A DNA stretch of 64,000 nt from Candidatus Omnitrophota bacterium (GCA_030632085.1 DAOVJY010000002.1:13325-77324); one strand, 5' to 3'; counted from the stretch's first letter, positions 30,769-40,174 are shown. Program-made: numbers and translations. Notes: generated by a model from the letters alone, not told the origin.

Positions 30769-31481
30769 AAATCAGAATTATAGCTGATAACTATACGCAG
30801 GATAGTAGATTTAAAGAGTGCTGGGGATTCTCAGTGCTTATAAATGATGATATTTTATTTGATACGGCTGATAGTGCTGAAACTTTTCTATATAACGCGA
30901 AACAGTTAGATGTTGACCTTTCAGCCATAAAAAAAGTAGTTATTTCACATGACCACTGGGATCATATTGGTGGGTTGGAATCTTTATTTAAAAAAAATCC
31001 TAACGTTGAACTTTATGGTTTAAAGGATTTTTCCGAAGATTTCAAAAATTTAGCCGATAAATATAACATAAAATTAATTGAATGTGAAGATTTTAAGGAA
31101 ATTGATCCAGGCGCTTATGTAAGCGGTTCATTTAAAACTATATATAAACAGAAAAAGCTTGTTGAACAAGCACTAATATTAAAAACTGTAAAAGGCCTTA
31201 TAATCATATTAGGTTGTTCCCACCCGGGAGTAGTTGAGATGGTAGAGGTTATAAAGAAGCATTTCAATGAGAAAATATACTACGTTATGGGAGGATATCA
31301 TTTAGGCTCAAAAACAGAGAATGAAATTGAAAATATAGCGTTAAAGCTGCAAAAACTGGGTGTTAATAAAGTTGCTCCTACACATTGTACGGGCCAAAAG
31401 GCAATTGATATTTTTAGTAAAATGTATAGCGATAATTTTTTACGCCTTAAAACAGGCCTGGAAATTGAATTTGATTTTTAA
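30765..31481 (+). CDS. MBL-fold metallo-hydrolase (COG1237-like)
   Basis: SHDHWDHIGG, GCSHPG and PTHCTG motifs. Confidence 0.9.
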   Translation: MKIRIIADNYTQDSRFKECWGFSVLINDDILFDTADSAETFLYNAKQLDVDLSAIKKVVISHDHWDHIGGLESLFKKNPNVELYGLKDFSEDFKNLADKYNIKLIECEDFKEIDPGAYVSGSFKTIYKQKKLVEQALILKTVKGLIIILGCSHPGVVEMVEVIKKHFNEKIYYVMGGYHLGSKTENEIENIALKLQKLGVNKVAPTHCTGQKAIDIFSKMYSDNFLRLKTGLEIEFDF

Positions 31482-31642
31482 GTGAAGACACAACTTATAG
31501 AGCGGGAGCGAACATAAGTTGTATGTCTGAACTTACCCCGCAACTTTCTATTTCGGAGAAGTTCTTCGTAGCAAAAAAGTGCGGGGTTTAATTCGCACAG
31601 AAACTTACGCTCACTTTGTTTCGTAAGTTTAGCGCTCATTTA
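31478..31642. repeat. Triple-hairpin element: inverted arm, central hairpin, forward arm (copy 3)
   Basis: Minus-strand TAAGTTC-hairpin-TCACTTA; central ACCCCGCA..GCGGGGT; plus-strand TTAATTC-hairpin-TCATTTA. Confidence 0.75.
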
Positions 31643-31689
31643 AAAAATAGCTTGAAATAACCCCCTATTTCTGTAACAATGTACTCTAA

Positions 31690-32256
31690 ATGAAAAAAGA
31701 ACGTATAGTTTTAGATACAAGTGTGTTTGTGAATCCGGAGTCAAAATATAAGTTCGGGCGCAAACCGACGACCGCGTTTTTGAATTTTCTTAAGCTCGCG
31801 GAGGGATCAAAGAAGTGCATTTTTTATATGCCCCCCTCAATATATGCTGAGCTTATGAATTTTATTGATTCAAGTAAAATACCGGCGAAACTTTTGTTAT
31901 TTATTCATAAAAAAGCTCCTAAAAAATATGAGTTGAGCATGCCGGCTATGTTCTTTTATGAACTGGTTGATGATATGAGAAAAAGGGTTGATAAAGGGTT
32001 GCGTCTGGCTGAGAAGGGGATACGTCAGGCTAAAGACGCGAAAAAGATAGATGAGGTTATAAAAAGAATAAGGCATGATTATCGGACGGCTTTAAGAACA
32101 GATACTATAGATTCCAAGGAAGATGTAGACCTGATTCTTTTGGCTAAAGAACTAAAGGCAACTTTGATTAGTGTTGATAATGGAGCTATCTTGTGGGCCC
32201 ATAAACTAGGCATTAAATGCCGTGAGGCTAAAGAGCTTAAAAGCTTATTAAAATAA
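31690..32256 (+). CDS. Protein-only RNase P, HARP/Aq_880 family (PIN_5, UPF0278)
   Basis: VLDTSVFVNP, FYMPPSIY.EL, R.RVDKGLRLAE and YR.ALR...IDSKEDVDLILLAKEL motifs. Confidence 0.88.
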   Translation: MKKERIVLDTSVFVNPESKYKFGRKPTTAFLNFLKLAEGSKKCIFYMPPSIYAELMNFIDSSKIPAKLLLFIHKKAPKKYELSMPAMFFYELVDDMRKRVDKGLRLAEKGIRQAKDAKKIDEVIKRIRHDYRTALRTDTIDSKEDVDLILLAKELKATLISVDNGAILWAHKLGIKCREAKELKSLLK

Positions 32257-32273
32257 CGTATAAGGAGTAAGTC

Positions 32274-32678
32274 ATGAGTGAAGAGAAAAAGGACGAACAG
32301 CAAAACATTGAGAATCAACCGGAAGTAAAAGAAGAGGTAAAGACGGAACAGTCAAAAGAAGAGGTAGCTAAAGAACCGCAAAAGCCGGAAGTAAAAAAAG
32401 AGGAAGTAAAACAAGAAGAAAAAGCTCCTGAAGTTGAGGTAAAACCGGCCGCGGAAGAAAAAATTGAGGAAAAGCCTCAGGAAGCAAAAGAGGCAGCTCC
32501 GGCAGTTCCGGTAGCTCCAACTGAAAGCAAAGAGAAGAAGAAAAAGAAAATAAACAATATGAGTTTGGATGAGCTGGATAAAAAGATCAAAGAAACAGAA
32601 GATAAAATGGGTAATCTAAATTCGAAGTACGCTCAATCCCTAAAAGAACAGAGAGAAAAACTTTCTAATAAAAGTTAA
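32274..32678 (+). CDS. Hypothetical E/K/P-rich low-complexity protein
   Basis: AAGGAG RBS; disordered N-terminus with a helical C-terminal ~45 aa. Confidence 0.7.
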   Translation: MSEEKKDEQQNIENQPEVKEEVKTEQSKEEVAKEPQKPEVKKEEVKQEEKAPEVEVKPAAEEKIEEKPQEAKEAAPAVPVAPTESKEKKKKKINNMSLDELDKKIKETEDKMGNLNSKYAQSLKEQREKLSNKS

Positions 32679-32772
32679 AAGTAAAACTAAAATTTTATCG
32701 CGGCAGAAGAAGGGTTAGAATAAAAATATTTACAGATAGATTGATTTCCGTGAATTATACCTAAAAAAAAGC

Positions 32773-32805
32773 AAAAGGGAGATATGGTTTTTATCTCCCT
32801 TTTTC
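32773..32805 (+). terminator. Intrinsic terminator (possibly bidirectional)
   Basis: AAAAGGGAGATA..TATCTCCCTTTT. Confidence 0.7.
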
Positions 32806-32952
32806 ATTGAAAATAATAGTTAAATTTTGTATACTAATGATAGGCAAAACAAGAAATATTAAAAAACGCGGTTGGTTATATTTTGGCTCTTGCTCTATAG
32901 GTTTCTCACGGGAGCAAATTCACAAACTTAATAAAGATAAGAAGAAATATTT

Positions 32953-33753
32953 TTGAAAAAAAAGCAGGTTTTTTTTGAAAAGTTTGAAAATAACTTGTGG
33001 AAAGCGGGCTCAAGCCATATTGCCGGAATTGATGAAGCCGGGCTGGGCGCGTTAGCGGGGCCGGTTGTAGCCGCGGCAGTTATTTTTAAACCCGGTGAAG
33101 TAATCTTGGGAGTAAACGACTCCAAGCAGTTAACTCCCTTAAAAAGAGAAAAACTTTTTAAGGAGATTAAAAATAAAGCTCTTTGTTATTCAATAGGTAT
33201 TATTGATATTGAACTTATTAATAAAATAGACAATATTTTTACGGTTGGGCTTGAGGCCATGAAGAAATCTGTAATCAATCTTAGGGTTAAACCCGACCAT
33301 TTATTGGTTGACGGCAGACATATCCCTTCTGTAGAAATACCCCAAACCAGTATAGTCAGGGGTGACAGTAGAAGTTTTTCAATAGCTGCCGCTTCTATTT
33401 TAGCTAAGGTTTCCAGAGATAATTTGATGGCCGCGTATTCTAAAAAATTTAGGGATTATCAATTTTGTGAGCACAAAGGTTACGCTACGGCCGGGCACAT
33501 AAAGGCCATAAGGAATCTTGGCCCCTCTCCCATACACAGAACTTCCTATGATTTTGTGAAGGGCCTTTGCGGGGAGTTTTCCAAAGCATATTATTTTTAT
33601 GAACAGATTATTAAAGATAGTGGTGATTTATCAGAGTTAAACAGGGTAGTAATTAAAATTAAAGACAATAAACGGTTTTTAGGGATTGAAATAGCAAGGC
33701 TTAAAAAAAGAGTTAAAACCAAAATGAAATACCTAAAAGACAGGAGAGGTTGA
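32953..33753 (+). CDS. rnhB: Ribonuclease HII with C-terminal extension (start uncertain)
   Basis: GIDEAG, DSKQL, LVDG, AAASILAKV and HKGY motifs. Confidence 0.92.
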   Translation: MKKKQVFFEKFENNLWKAGSSHIAGIDEAGLGALAGPVVAAAVIFKPGEVILGVNDSKQLTPLKREKLFKEIKNKALCYSIGIIDIELINKIDNIFTVGLEAMKKSVINLRVKPDHLLVDGRHIPSVEIPQTSIVRGDSRSFSIAAASILAKVSRDNLMAAYSKKFRDYQFCEHKGYATAGHIKAIRNLGPSPIHRTSYDFVKGLCGEFSKAYYFYEQIIKDSGDLSELNRVVIKIKDNKRFLGIEIARLKKRVKTKMKYLKDRRG

Positions 33754-33754
33754 T

Positions 33755-34075
33755 ATGGCGGAAAATATAAGTGCTGACCAATTTGAAAGCGAAGTTTTAA
33801 AATCTGATAAACCGGTTTTGGTCGATTTTTGGGCCGAATGGTGCGGTCCTTGTAAAATGATGGATCCGGTGATTGATGAATTATCCCGGGAATTATTAGG
33901 CAAAGTCAAAGTTGTAAAGGTAAACGTTGATGAAGCCCGGACGATCGCGTCAGATTATGGAATCATGAGTATTCCCACTATTGCTCTTTTTAATGATTCT
34001 AAAGAAATCGCCCGTTTATCAGGAGCTATGCCAAAAGATCCTATTATCCATTGGCTTGAGTCTAATCTTAAATAA
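33755..34075 (+). CDS. trxA: Thioredoxin
   Basis: WCGPC active site. Confidence 0.95.
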   Translation: MAENISADQFESEVLKSDKPVLVDFWAEWCGPCKMMDPVIDELSRELLGKVKVVKVNVDEARTIASDYGIMSIPTIALFNDSKEIARLSGAMPKDPIIHWLESNLK

Positions 34076-34080
34076 AAAAT

Positions 34081-34752
34081 ATGAAATCACTTTTTTTTAG
34101 GCCTCAAGCTGTTATTTTTGATATGGACGGGGTAGTCACCGATACTATGGGATTTCATTATAAAGCCTGGAAAAAGGCTCTGGCCGCATATGGGATTAAA
34201 GTTGGCCATTGTGATATCTATTTACGGGAAGGCCAGAAAGGTTTGGATACGGCTCTTGAAATGATGCAAGAGCAGAATATTGACTTTTCAGATGATAAGG
34301 CCCGGGAGATATTAAAGCTTAAAGAAGATATTTTTAAACAAATATCTCATCCAAAGTTAATGAGAGGTGCACCGGAGCTTTTAACGGATTTAAAAAAAGA
34401 GGGTTATAAGATGGCTTTGGTAACCGGAACAGCCAGAAGAGAAGTAGGCCATATATTACCTTCTAAGTTATTGAAACTATTTGATTTTACTCTTACGGGC
34501 AATGAAGTCAAAGCGGGTAAGCCCGATCCGGAGCCTTATAATCGGGCATTAGAGGTTCTTAAGTTACAACCCCGGGAAGCGGTTGTTATTGAAAATGCTC
34601 CCTTTGGTATTACTTCGGCTAAAGGTGCGGGTATATATTGTATAGCTGTTTGTACCTATTTAGAAGCAAAGTATCTTCAGGATGCCGATTTAATTTTAAA
34701 AAACCTCAAAGAAGTTGATAAAGTCCTCCTAAAAGCTCATCGCCATCATTAA
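34081..34752 (+). CDS. HAD-family phosphatase (beta-PGM-like)
   Basis: FDMDGV, GKPDPEPY and ENAPFG motifs. Confidence 0.9.
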   Translation: MKSLFFRPQAVIFDMDGVVTDTMGFHYKAWKKALAAYGIKVGHCDIYLREGQKGLDTALEMMQEQNIDFSDDKAREILKLKEDIFKQISHPKLMRGAPELLTDLKKEGYKMALVTGTARREVGHILPSKLLKLFDFTLTGNEVKAGKPDPEPYNRALEVLKLQPREAVVIENAPFGITSAKGAGIYCIAVCTYLEAKYLQDADLILKNLKEVDKVLLKAHRHH

Positions 34753-34785
34753 AATATTTAGTTTGGGTTTAAAAATAAATCATAC

Positions 34786-34814
34786 TTGACTTTTAGGCGT
34801 CTTGGCTTTAAAAT
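34786..34814 (+). promoter_or_regulatory. Sigma70-like promoter
   Basis: TTGACT-17 bp-TAAAAT. Confidence 0.6.
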
Positions 34815-34849
34815 GATATCTTACCTTAATTATAGAAAAAAATACACAT

Positions 34850-35074
34850 AATAAAATAGTAGCCGTTATATGTCATGGATTGTGGGTGGCAGTATCAGCT
34901 GATGTCTTAAAAGGTAAGAAATGTACTTGTTTTTTTGCGATTAAAGATGATGTTATAAATGCCGGGGCTACATATCTGGATGAAGAGGTTGTTGTAGATG
35001 GTAATTTAATTTCATCCCGCAAACCTGAAGATTTGCCCGCTTTCTTAAGGGCTATTATTGATAAATTATCTTAA
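34850..35074 (+). pseudogene. C-terminal remnant of a PfpI/DJ-1 family protein
   Basis: In-frame NKIVAVICHG precedes the listed ORF; VVVDGNLISSRKPEDLPAF; N-terminal half missing, in-frame TGA at 34814. Confidence 0.8.
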
Positions 35075-35117
35075 TTTACGATGTGATTGATTAAGCTGCA
35101 AACGAAAGGAGACTGCA

Positions 35118-35600
35118 GTGGAGCTCAATAAAGCGATGGTAAGATTGCTCTCGAAACATAAAATTGTAATGGTTTCGAGCGCCTCAAAAGACGGCAAACC
35201 CAACGCTTCACTTAAAGGGATTGTAGAAGTCCTACCGGAGAAAGGGATAATATATTTTCTTGATTTGTATTCCCAAAAAACCAGGAATAATCTTTTGGAA
35301 AATCCGCAGGTTTCTATATCTATCGCGGATATTGATGGATTTGAAGGATATCAGTTTAAGGGTGTAGTTGAGCTGATGAATGACGGAGAGATGTTTAAAA
35401 AATATATTAAGAGATGGGAAAGGCAGAGAACGGTTTTATTAATCGAAAGAATGATAAAAAATGTTCAAAAAGGTTCCAGCCACGGACGCCATGAATTGTT
35501 TCTGCCTGAACCGAAATATCTGGTAAAAGTGCGCGTAACTGAAATTTATGATTTGTTACCCCACAGTGGTTCTCAGAGTAATAATAAAAAGAAAACTTGA
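35118..35600 (+). CDS. Pyridoxamine 5'-phosphate oxidase-family (split-barrel FMN-binding) protein
   Basis: SKDGKPN, KTRNNLLENPQVSI and GYQFKG motifs. Confidence 0.82.
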   Translation: MELNKAMVRLLSKHKIVMVSSASKDGKPNASLKGIVEVLPEKGIIYFLDLYSQKTRNNLLENPQVSISIADIDGFEGYQFKGVVELMNDGEMFKKYIKRWERQRTVLLIERMIKNVQKGSSHGRHELFLPEPKYLVKVRVTEIYDLLPHSGSQSNNKKKT

Positions 35601-35623
35601 AATATAAACGGAGATTTTTTGAG

Positions 35624-38600
35624 ATGGCAAGTAAAATGAAAACCATGGATGGTAACACAGCGGCCGCCTATATAGGCCATGCCACAAATGAAGTAATCGC
35701 AATATATCCCATAACTCCTTCATCCGGAGTGGGGGAAATGGCTGACGCGAAATCCGCCAAGGGAGAAGTTAATATTTGGGGCCAGGTACCAACTGTATCC
35801 GAGCTTCAGTCGGAAGCGGGTGCTGCGGGAACTGTACACGGCGCCTTGACAGCCGGCAGCATGACTACAACATTTACCGCTTCTCAAGGCCTGCTTTTAA
35901 TGATTCCTAACATGCATAAAATAGCAGGTGAACTTACACCTGCTGTTTTTTATGTGACCGCTAGAACTGTGGCCTCACATGCTTTATCCATTTTTTGTGA
36001 CCACTCTGATATTATGGCAGTGCGCTCGACCGGTTTTGCCATTCTTTCCGGTTCCAGTGTTCAAGAGGTTATGGATTTAGCCTTAGTGGCTCAAGCGGCT
36101 ACATTGGAATCCAGAGTTCCGTTTGTTTTTACCTATGACGGCTTCAGGACTTCACATGAAATTCAAAAGATAGAAGAAATTGATTTTGCGAGCATGAAAT
36201 CTCTTATAAAAAATGAATACTTAAGAAGCCATAGGCTCAGGGGACTTAATCCTGAAAGGCCGGTTTTAAGGGGTACTTCTCAGAATCCGGATGTTTTTTT
36301 TCAGGAAAGGGAAACCGTAAACGCGTATTATGATAAATGCCCTCAGATAGTTGAGGATGTAATGAAGAGATTTAAAGAAGTTGTCGGTAGGGAATATAAA
36401 CTTTTTGAGTATGTCGGAGCCCCGGACGCCGAGCGCGTCATTTTGATTATGGGTTCTGCCGCCGAGACGGTTCACGAGGCAGTTGATTATCTGGTTGCTC
36501 AAGGTGAAAAAGTAGGCGTTCTAAAGGTAAAATTGTTCAGGCCTTTCTCGATAGAGCATTTTATTAAGGCTTTACCTGCCAGCGTTAAGAAAATTGCTGT
36601 TTTGGATAGGACTAAAGAGCCTGGAGCTTTAGGCGAACCACTTTACCTTGACGCGCGCTCAGCTATTGGTGAAGCTATGGAAAAAGGTATAGCTACGCTT
36701 AAGGAGTATCCGGTAATTGTTGGCGGCAGGTATGGCTTGGGTTCTAAAGAGTTTACGCCGGCTATGGTAAGAGGTGTTTTTGATAACCTTTCTTTAGATA
36801 AAAACAAAATAAAGAATCATTTTACTGTTGGTATCAATGACGATTTAACTCATACAAGCTTGGAATATAATGCTGAATTCTCAACTGAAGACCCTGATAC
36901 TTTCAGGGGTATTTTTTACGGTTTGGGTTCAGATGGTACTGTGGGAGCTAATAAGAATTCAATTAAAATAATCGGTGAGTTGACTGATAATTATGTCCAA
37001 GGTTATTTTGTTTATGATTCCAAGAAAGCCGGTTCAAAAACAGTTTCACATTTAAGATTCGGCAAACATCTCATCAGAGGAACTTATCTGATAAGTAAAG
37101 CTAACTTTGTAGCTTGTCACAATTTTTCGTTTTTAGAGAAATATGATGTTTTAGGAGCAGCTGAAGATAAGGCTACTTTTCTTTTAGCCAGTCCTTTTTC
37201 AAAAGATGAGGTCTGGGATAAAATGCCTATAGAGGTGCAGAAACAGATAATTGATAAGAAATTAAAATTTTATGTAATTCAAGCTTATAAACTAGCCGGG
37301 GAAATCGGTCTTGGAGTGAGAATAAATGTAATAATGCAGACCGCTTTTTTTGCTATTAGTGAAGTAATTGATAAAAATAAAGCTGTTGAGGCTATTAAGG
37401 ACGCGATTATAAAGTCCTATGGGAAAAAGGGTGAAAGCGTGGTTAATATGAATAACCAGGCTGTAGATAAAGCCCTTGAAGCTATTGAAGAAGTTATTGT
37501 TCCCAAGGAAGCAACCAGTAAAATAAAAATACCGGCTGCGGTACCCGATGAGGCTCCTGAATTTGTAAAGAATGTAACAGCAAAAATAATCGTGGATAAA
37601 GGTGATGAGCTTCCGGTTTCCGCCTTTCCGAAGGATGGGACTTTTCCGACAGCGACATCGCAGTATGAAAAACGAAACATTGCTATAAACATTCCTGAAT
37701 GGGATCCTGAAATATGTATCCAGTGTGGCCAGTGTTCATTAGTTTGTCCGCACGCGGCTATCAGGATGAAGATGTATGATAAAAAGCTTTTAGATAAAGC
37801 TCCTGTTACTTTTAAGCATATGCAGGCAAAAGGAAAAGATTTAGAAGGCAAGGCATTAACTATACAAGTGGCTCCCGAGGATTGTACCGGTTGCGGTGCT
37901 TGTGTTAATATCTGTCCAATTACGCGAAAAGATAAAGACAATAAGCCTACAGGCAGAAAAGCGCTTAATATGGTACCTCAAATTGACAGGCGTCTAAAAG
38001 AAAAAGATAATTTCACATTTTTCTTATCGCTTCCGGATATGAAAGCTGAAGATTTACCAGTTGGTATAGGGACTTTAAAAGGTTCTCAGTTAATGAGGCC
38101 TTTATTTGAGTTTTCCGGTGCTTGTGCCGGTTGCGGTGAAACACCCTATGTAAAACTACTTTCTCAACTTTTTGGAGACAGGGCTTTAATTGCCAACGCG
38201 ACCGGCTGTACTTCAATTTACGGTGGTAATTTACCGACAACACCCTATTGCGTTAGAAATGATGGCAGGGGCCCCGCTTGGTCAAACTCTTTATTCGAGG
38301 ATAACGCTGAGTTTGGTTTTGGTATGCGCCTGGCTGTTGAACAGTTATCGGAAAAAGCCAAACTTCTTTTAAAAGATGTAGCTGAAAAAATATCTGATAA
38401 AAAATCGCTTATTGATGAAATTATAACAACCAGCCAGATAACTCATGATGAGATAGATAAACAAAGATTTAGAATTGAAGAATTAAGAGAAGCCCTAAAA
38501 AAATTCAGTAGTGAGGCGAAGGTAGCTGAGTTACTTGAAATACTGGATTACCTGGTGAAAAAATCAGTTTGGATTTTAGGTGGTGACGGCTGGGCTTATG

Positions 38601-39283
38601 ATATCGGCTATGGCGGTTTGGATCATGTGCTGGCTTGCGGAAAAAATGTAAATGTTCTGGTGCTGGATACGGAAGTATATTCAAATACAGGCGGGCAGAT
38701 GTCTAAAGCTACTCCTATGGGAGCTGTTGCTAAGTTCGCGGCTGCCGGCAAGCCGATATTTAAAAAAGACCTGGGTTTACTGGCTATGGCTTACGGTAAT
38801 ATTTATGTGGCCAGGATAGCTATGGGTGCTAATCCGGCTCAAGCGATAAAGGCTTTTGTTGAGGCTGAAAGTTACGACGGCCCTTCGATTATTATAGCTT
38901 ACAGTCACTGTATAGCCCACGGAATTAATATGACTAAAGGTATGGAGCAGCAGAAAAAAGCTGTCGCTTGCGGTTGCTGGCCGTTAATAAGATTTAACCC
39001 TGATCTTTTAAAAGAAGGTAAGAATCCTCTACAGCTTGATTCGAGGGAACCTAGTATACCTCTGGAGGATTACATTTATAATGAAAACAGATTTAAAACT
39101 CTTAAGAAATCCAACCCTCAAAGGGCTAAAGAATTATTAGACTTGGCTCAGCATGAGGTTAATTGCAGATTCAAGAGATATCAATATATGGCTAAGATGG
39201 ATTGTTCTCAAGAAACAAGTATAAAGTCATCAGTCATACCCTTTCGGGCACAGGCAAGTCACAAGCAAGAAGCAAATAGCTAA
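35624..39283 (+). CDS. nifJ: Pyruvate:ferredoxin (flavodoxin) oxidoreductase, homodimeric type
   Basis: YPITPSS, two 4Fe-4S motifs, ACAGCGE and GGDGWAYDIG; start set to ATG 35624. Confidence 0.96.
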   Translation: MASKMKTMDGNTAAAYIGHATNEVIAIYPITPSSGVGEMADAKSAKGEVNIWGQVPTVSELQSEAGAAGTVHGALTAGSMTTTFTASQGLLLMIPNMHKIAGELTPAVFYVTARTVASHALSIFCDHSDIMAVRSTGFAILSGSSVQEVMDLALVAQAATLESRVPFVFTYDGFRTSHEIQKIEEIDFASMKSLIKNEYLRSHRLRGLNPERPVLRGTSQNPDVFFQERETVNAYYDKCPQIVEDVMKRFKEVVGREYKLFEYVGAPDAERVILIMGSAAETVHEAVDYLVAQGEKVGVLKVKLFRPFSIEHFIKALPASVKKIAVLDRTKEPGALGEPLYLDARSAIGEAMEKGIATLKEYPVIVGGRYGLGSKEFTPAMVRGVFDNLSLDKNKIKNHFTVGINDDLTHTSLEYNAEFSTEDPDTFRGIFYGLGSDGTVGANKNSIKIIGELTDNYVQGYFVYDSKKAGSKTVSHLRFGKHLIRGTYLISKANFVACHNFSFLEKYDVLGAAEDKATFLLASPFSKDEVWDKMPIEVQKQIIDKKLKFYVIQAYKLAGEIGLGVRINVIMQTAFFAISEVIDKNKAVEAIKDAIIKSYGKKGESVVNMNNQAVDKALEAIEEVIVPKEATSKIKIPAAVPDEAPEFVKNVTAKIIVDKGDELPVSAFPKDGTFPTATSQYEKRNIAINIPEWDPEICIQCGQCSLVCPHAAIRMKMYDKKLLDKAPVTFKHMQAKGKDLEGKALTIQVAPEDCTGCGACVNICPITRKDKDNKPTGRKALNMVPQIDRRLKEKDNFTFFLSLPDMKAEDLPVGIGTLKGSQLMRPLFEFSGACAGCGETPYVKLLSQLFGDRALIANATGCTSIYGGNLPTTPYCVRNDGRGPAWSNSLFEDNAEFGFGMRLAVEQLSEKAKLLLKDVAEKISDKKSLIDEIITTSQITHDEIDKQRFRIEELREALKKFSSEAKVAELLEILDYLVKKSVWILGGDGWAYDIGYGGLDHVLACGKNVNVLVLDTEVYSNTGGQMSKATPMGAVAKFAAAGKPIFKKDLGLLAMAYGNIYVARIAMGANPAQAIKAFVEAESYDGPSIIIAYSHCIAHGINMTKGMEQQKKAVACGCWPLIRFNPDLLKEGKNPLQLDSREPSIPLEDYIYNENRFKTLKKSNPQRAKELLDLAQHEVNCRFKRYQYMAKMDCSQETSIKSSVIPFRAQASHKQEANS

Positions 39284-39520
39284 TAGCTAAGAGCAAAGGG
39301 CAAACACAGGATTAAGGATTAAGAATTAAGGATTAAGTAAAAAACAAGATACAAAAAACAAGTACAAAGTCACAAGACACAAGTTGTAAGTCACATGACA
39401 TAAGTCACAAGTAAAAAACAAAAACAAAAGAACAAAAAGATAAGACACAAGAAATAAGTTATAAGTCATACCCTTTCGGGCACAGGCAAGACACAGGTCA
39501 CAAGAAACAAAAAAGTAAAG
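39218..39520 (+). repeat. Mosaic A-rich heptamer array with two CCCTTTCGGGCACAGGC modules
   Basis: AGTCACA/AGACACA/AGCTAAT/GGATTAA units; identical 27-mer at 39232-39258 and 39464-39490. Confidence 0.9.
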
Positions 39521-39523
39521 ATG

Positions 39524-39636
39524 TCCCTTGCTTAAACAAAGGTAAATTCTCTTTGACAATTTACCTTTAAGCTTCGGGATTAATTCGGGCTTATCATTTA
39601 CGACAGCGAAGCTGACGTAAATGATGCCCTCATTAA
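39524..39636 (+). repeat. Dispersed double-hairpin element, copy 4
   Basis: Homologous to 26548-26661 and 42664-42749. Confidence 0.9.
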
Positions 39637-39649
39637 GAGGAGGGTTTGT

Positions 39650-39838
39650 ATGAAAGCTGTAGTAATTAAAGATTTATGTACCGGTTGCGGCCTTTGTGTC
39701 AGCACCTGTCCTGATGTTTTTGAAATGGTTGGTGATGTAGCGGAAGTTAAAGGAGATGTTGTACCTGAAGCCGCCGAGGATACCGCGAAAGAGGCTACTC
39801 AGAATTGTCCTGTAGAGGCCATAACCATCGAAGAATAG
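39650..39838 (+). CDS. Monocluster 4Fe-4S ferredoxin
   Basis: CTGCGLCVSTCP..CPVEAI. Confidence 0.92.
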   Translation: MKAVVIKDLCTGCGLCVSTCPDVFEMVGDVAEVKGDVVPEAAEDTAKEATQNCPVEAITIEE

Positions 39839-39845
39839 TTTATAT

Positions 39846-40174
39846 ATGTTAGAAGAGCTTCAATCAACTTTAAAGGATTACATTCAAGCCGGTCAGGTAC
39901 TTTCTTACCTGACCGCTTTTGTTAGCGGTTTTTTCCTGAGTTTTACCTCGTGCATATATTCTCTAATTCCGGTAACTTTAGGCTATATAGGGGCGACGGA
40001 TACGAATTGTCATCGAGCTTTTATGTTATCTCTAACTTATGTTTTAGGGATAAGCGCTATGGGGTTAGGGGCGTGCCGTACATGGTTATAATTGATAAAA
40101 CCGGGAAAATTAAATGGACGGGCCATATATTGGATAATACTGCCAGAACTATACTAAGAGAACTTTTTAGTTAG
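39846..40174 (+). pseudogene. CcdA N-terminal fragment joined out of frame to a TlpA/thioredoxin-like C-terminal fragment
   Basis: SFTSCIYSLIPVTLGYIG (degenerate TPCxxP), then YGVRGVPYMVIIDKTGKI in another frame. Confidence 0.7.

Noticed and set aside
32837-32956. 39-codon ORF overlapping the rnhB start (possible leader or frameshifted N-terminus)
   Set aside because: No RBS or recognisable homology; cannot be supported from sequence alone
39326-39559. Minus-strand 77-aa ORF rich in C/L/F/V (also 46877-47188)
   Set aside because: Translation of heptamer repeats; no RBS or family motif
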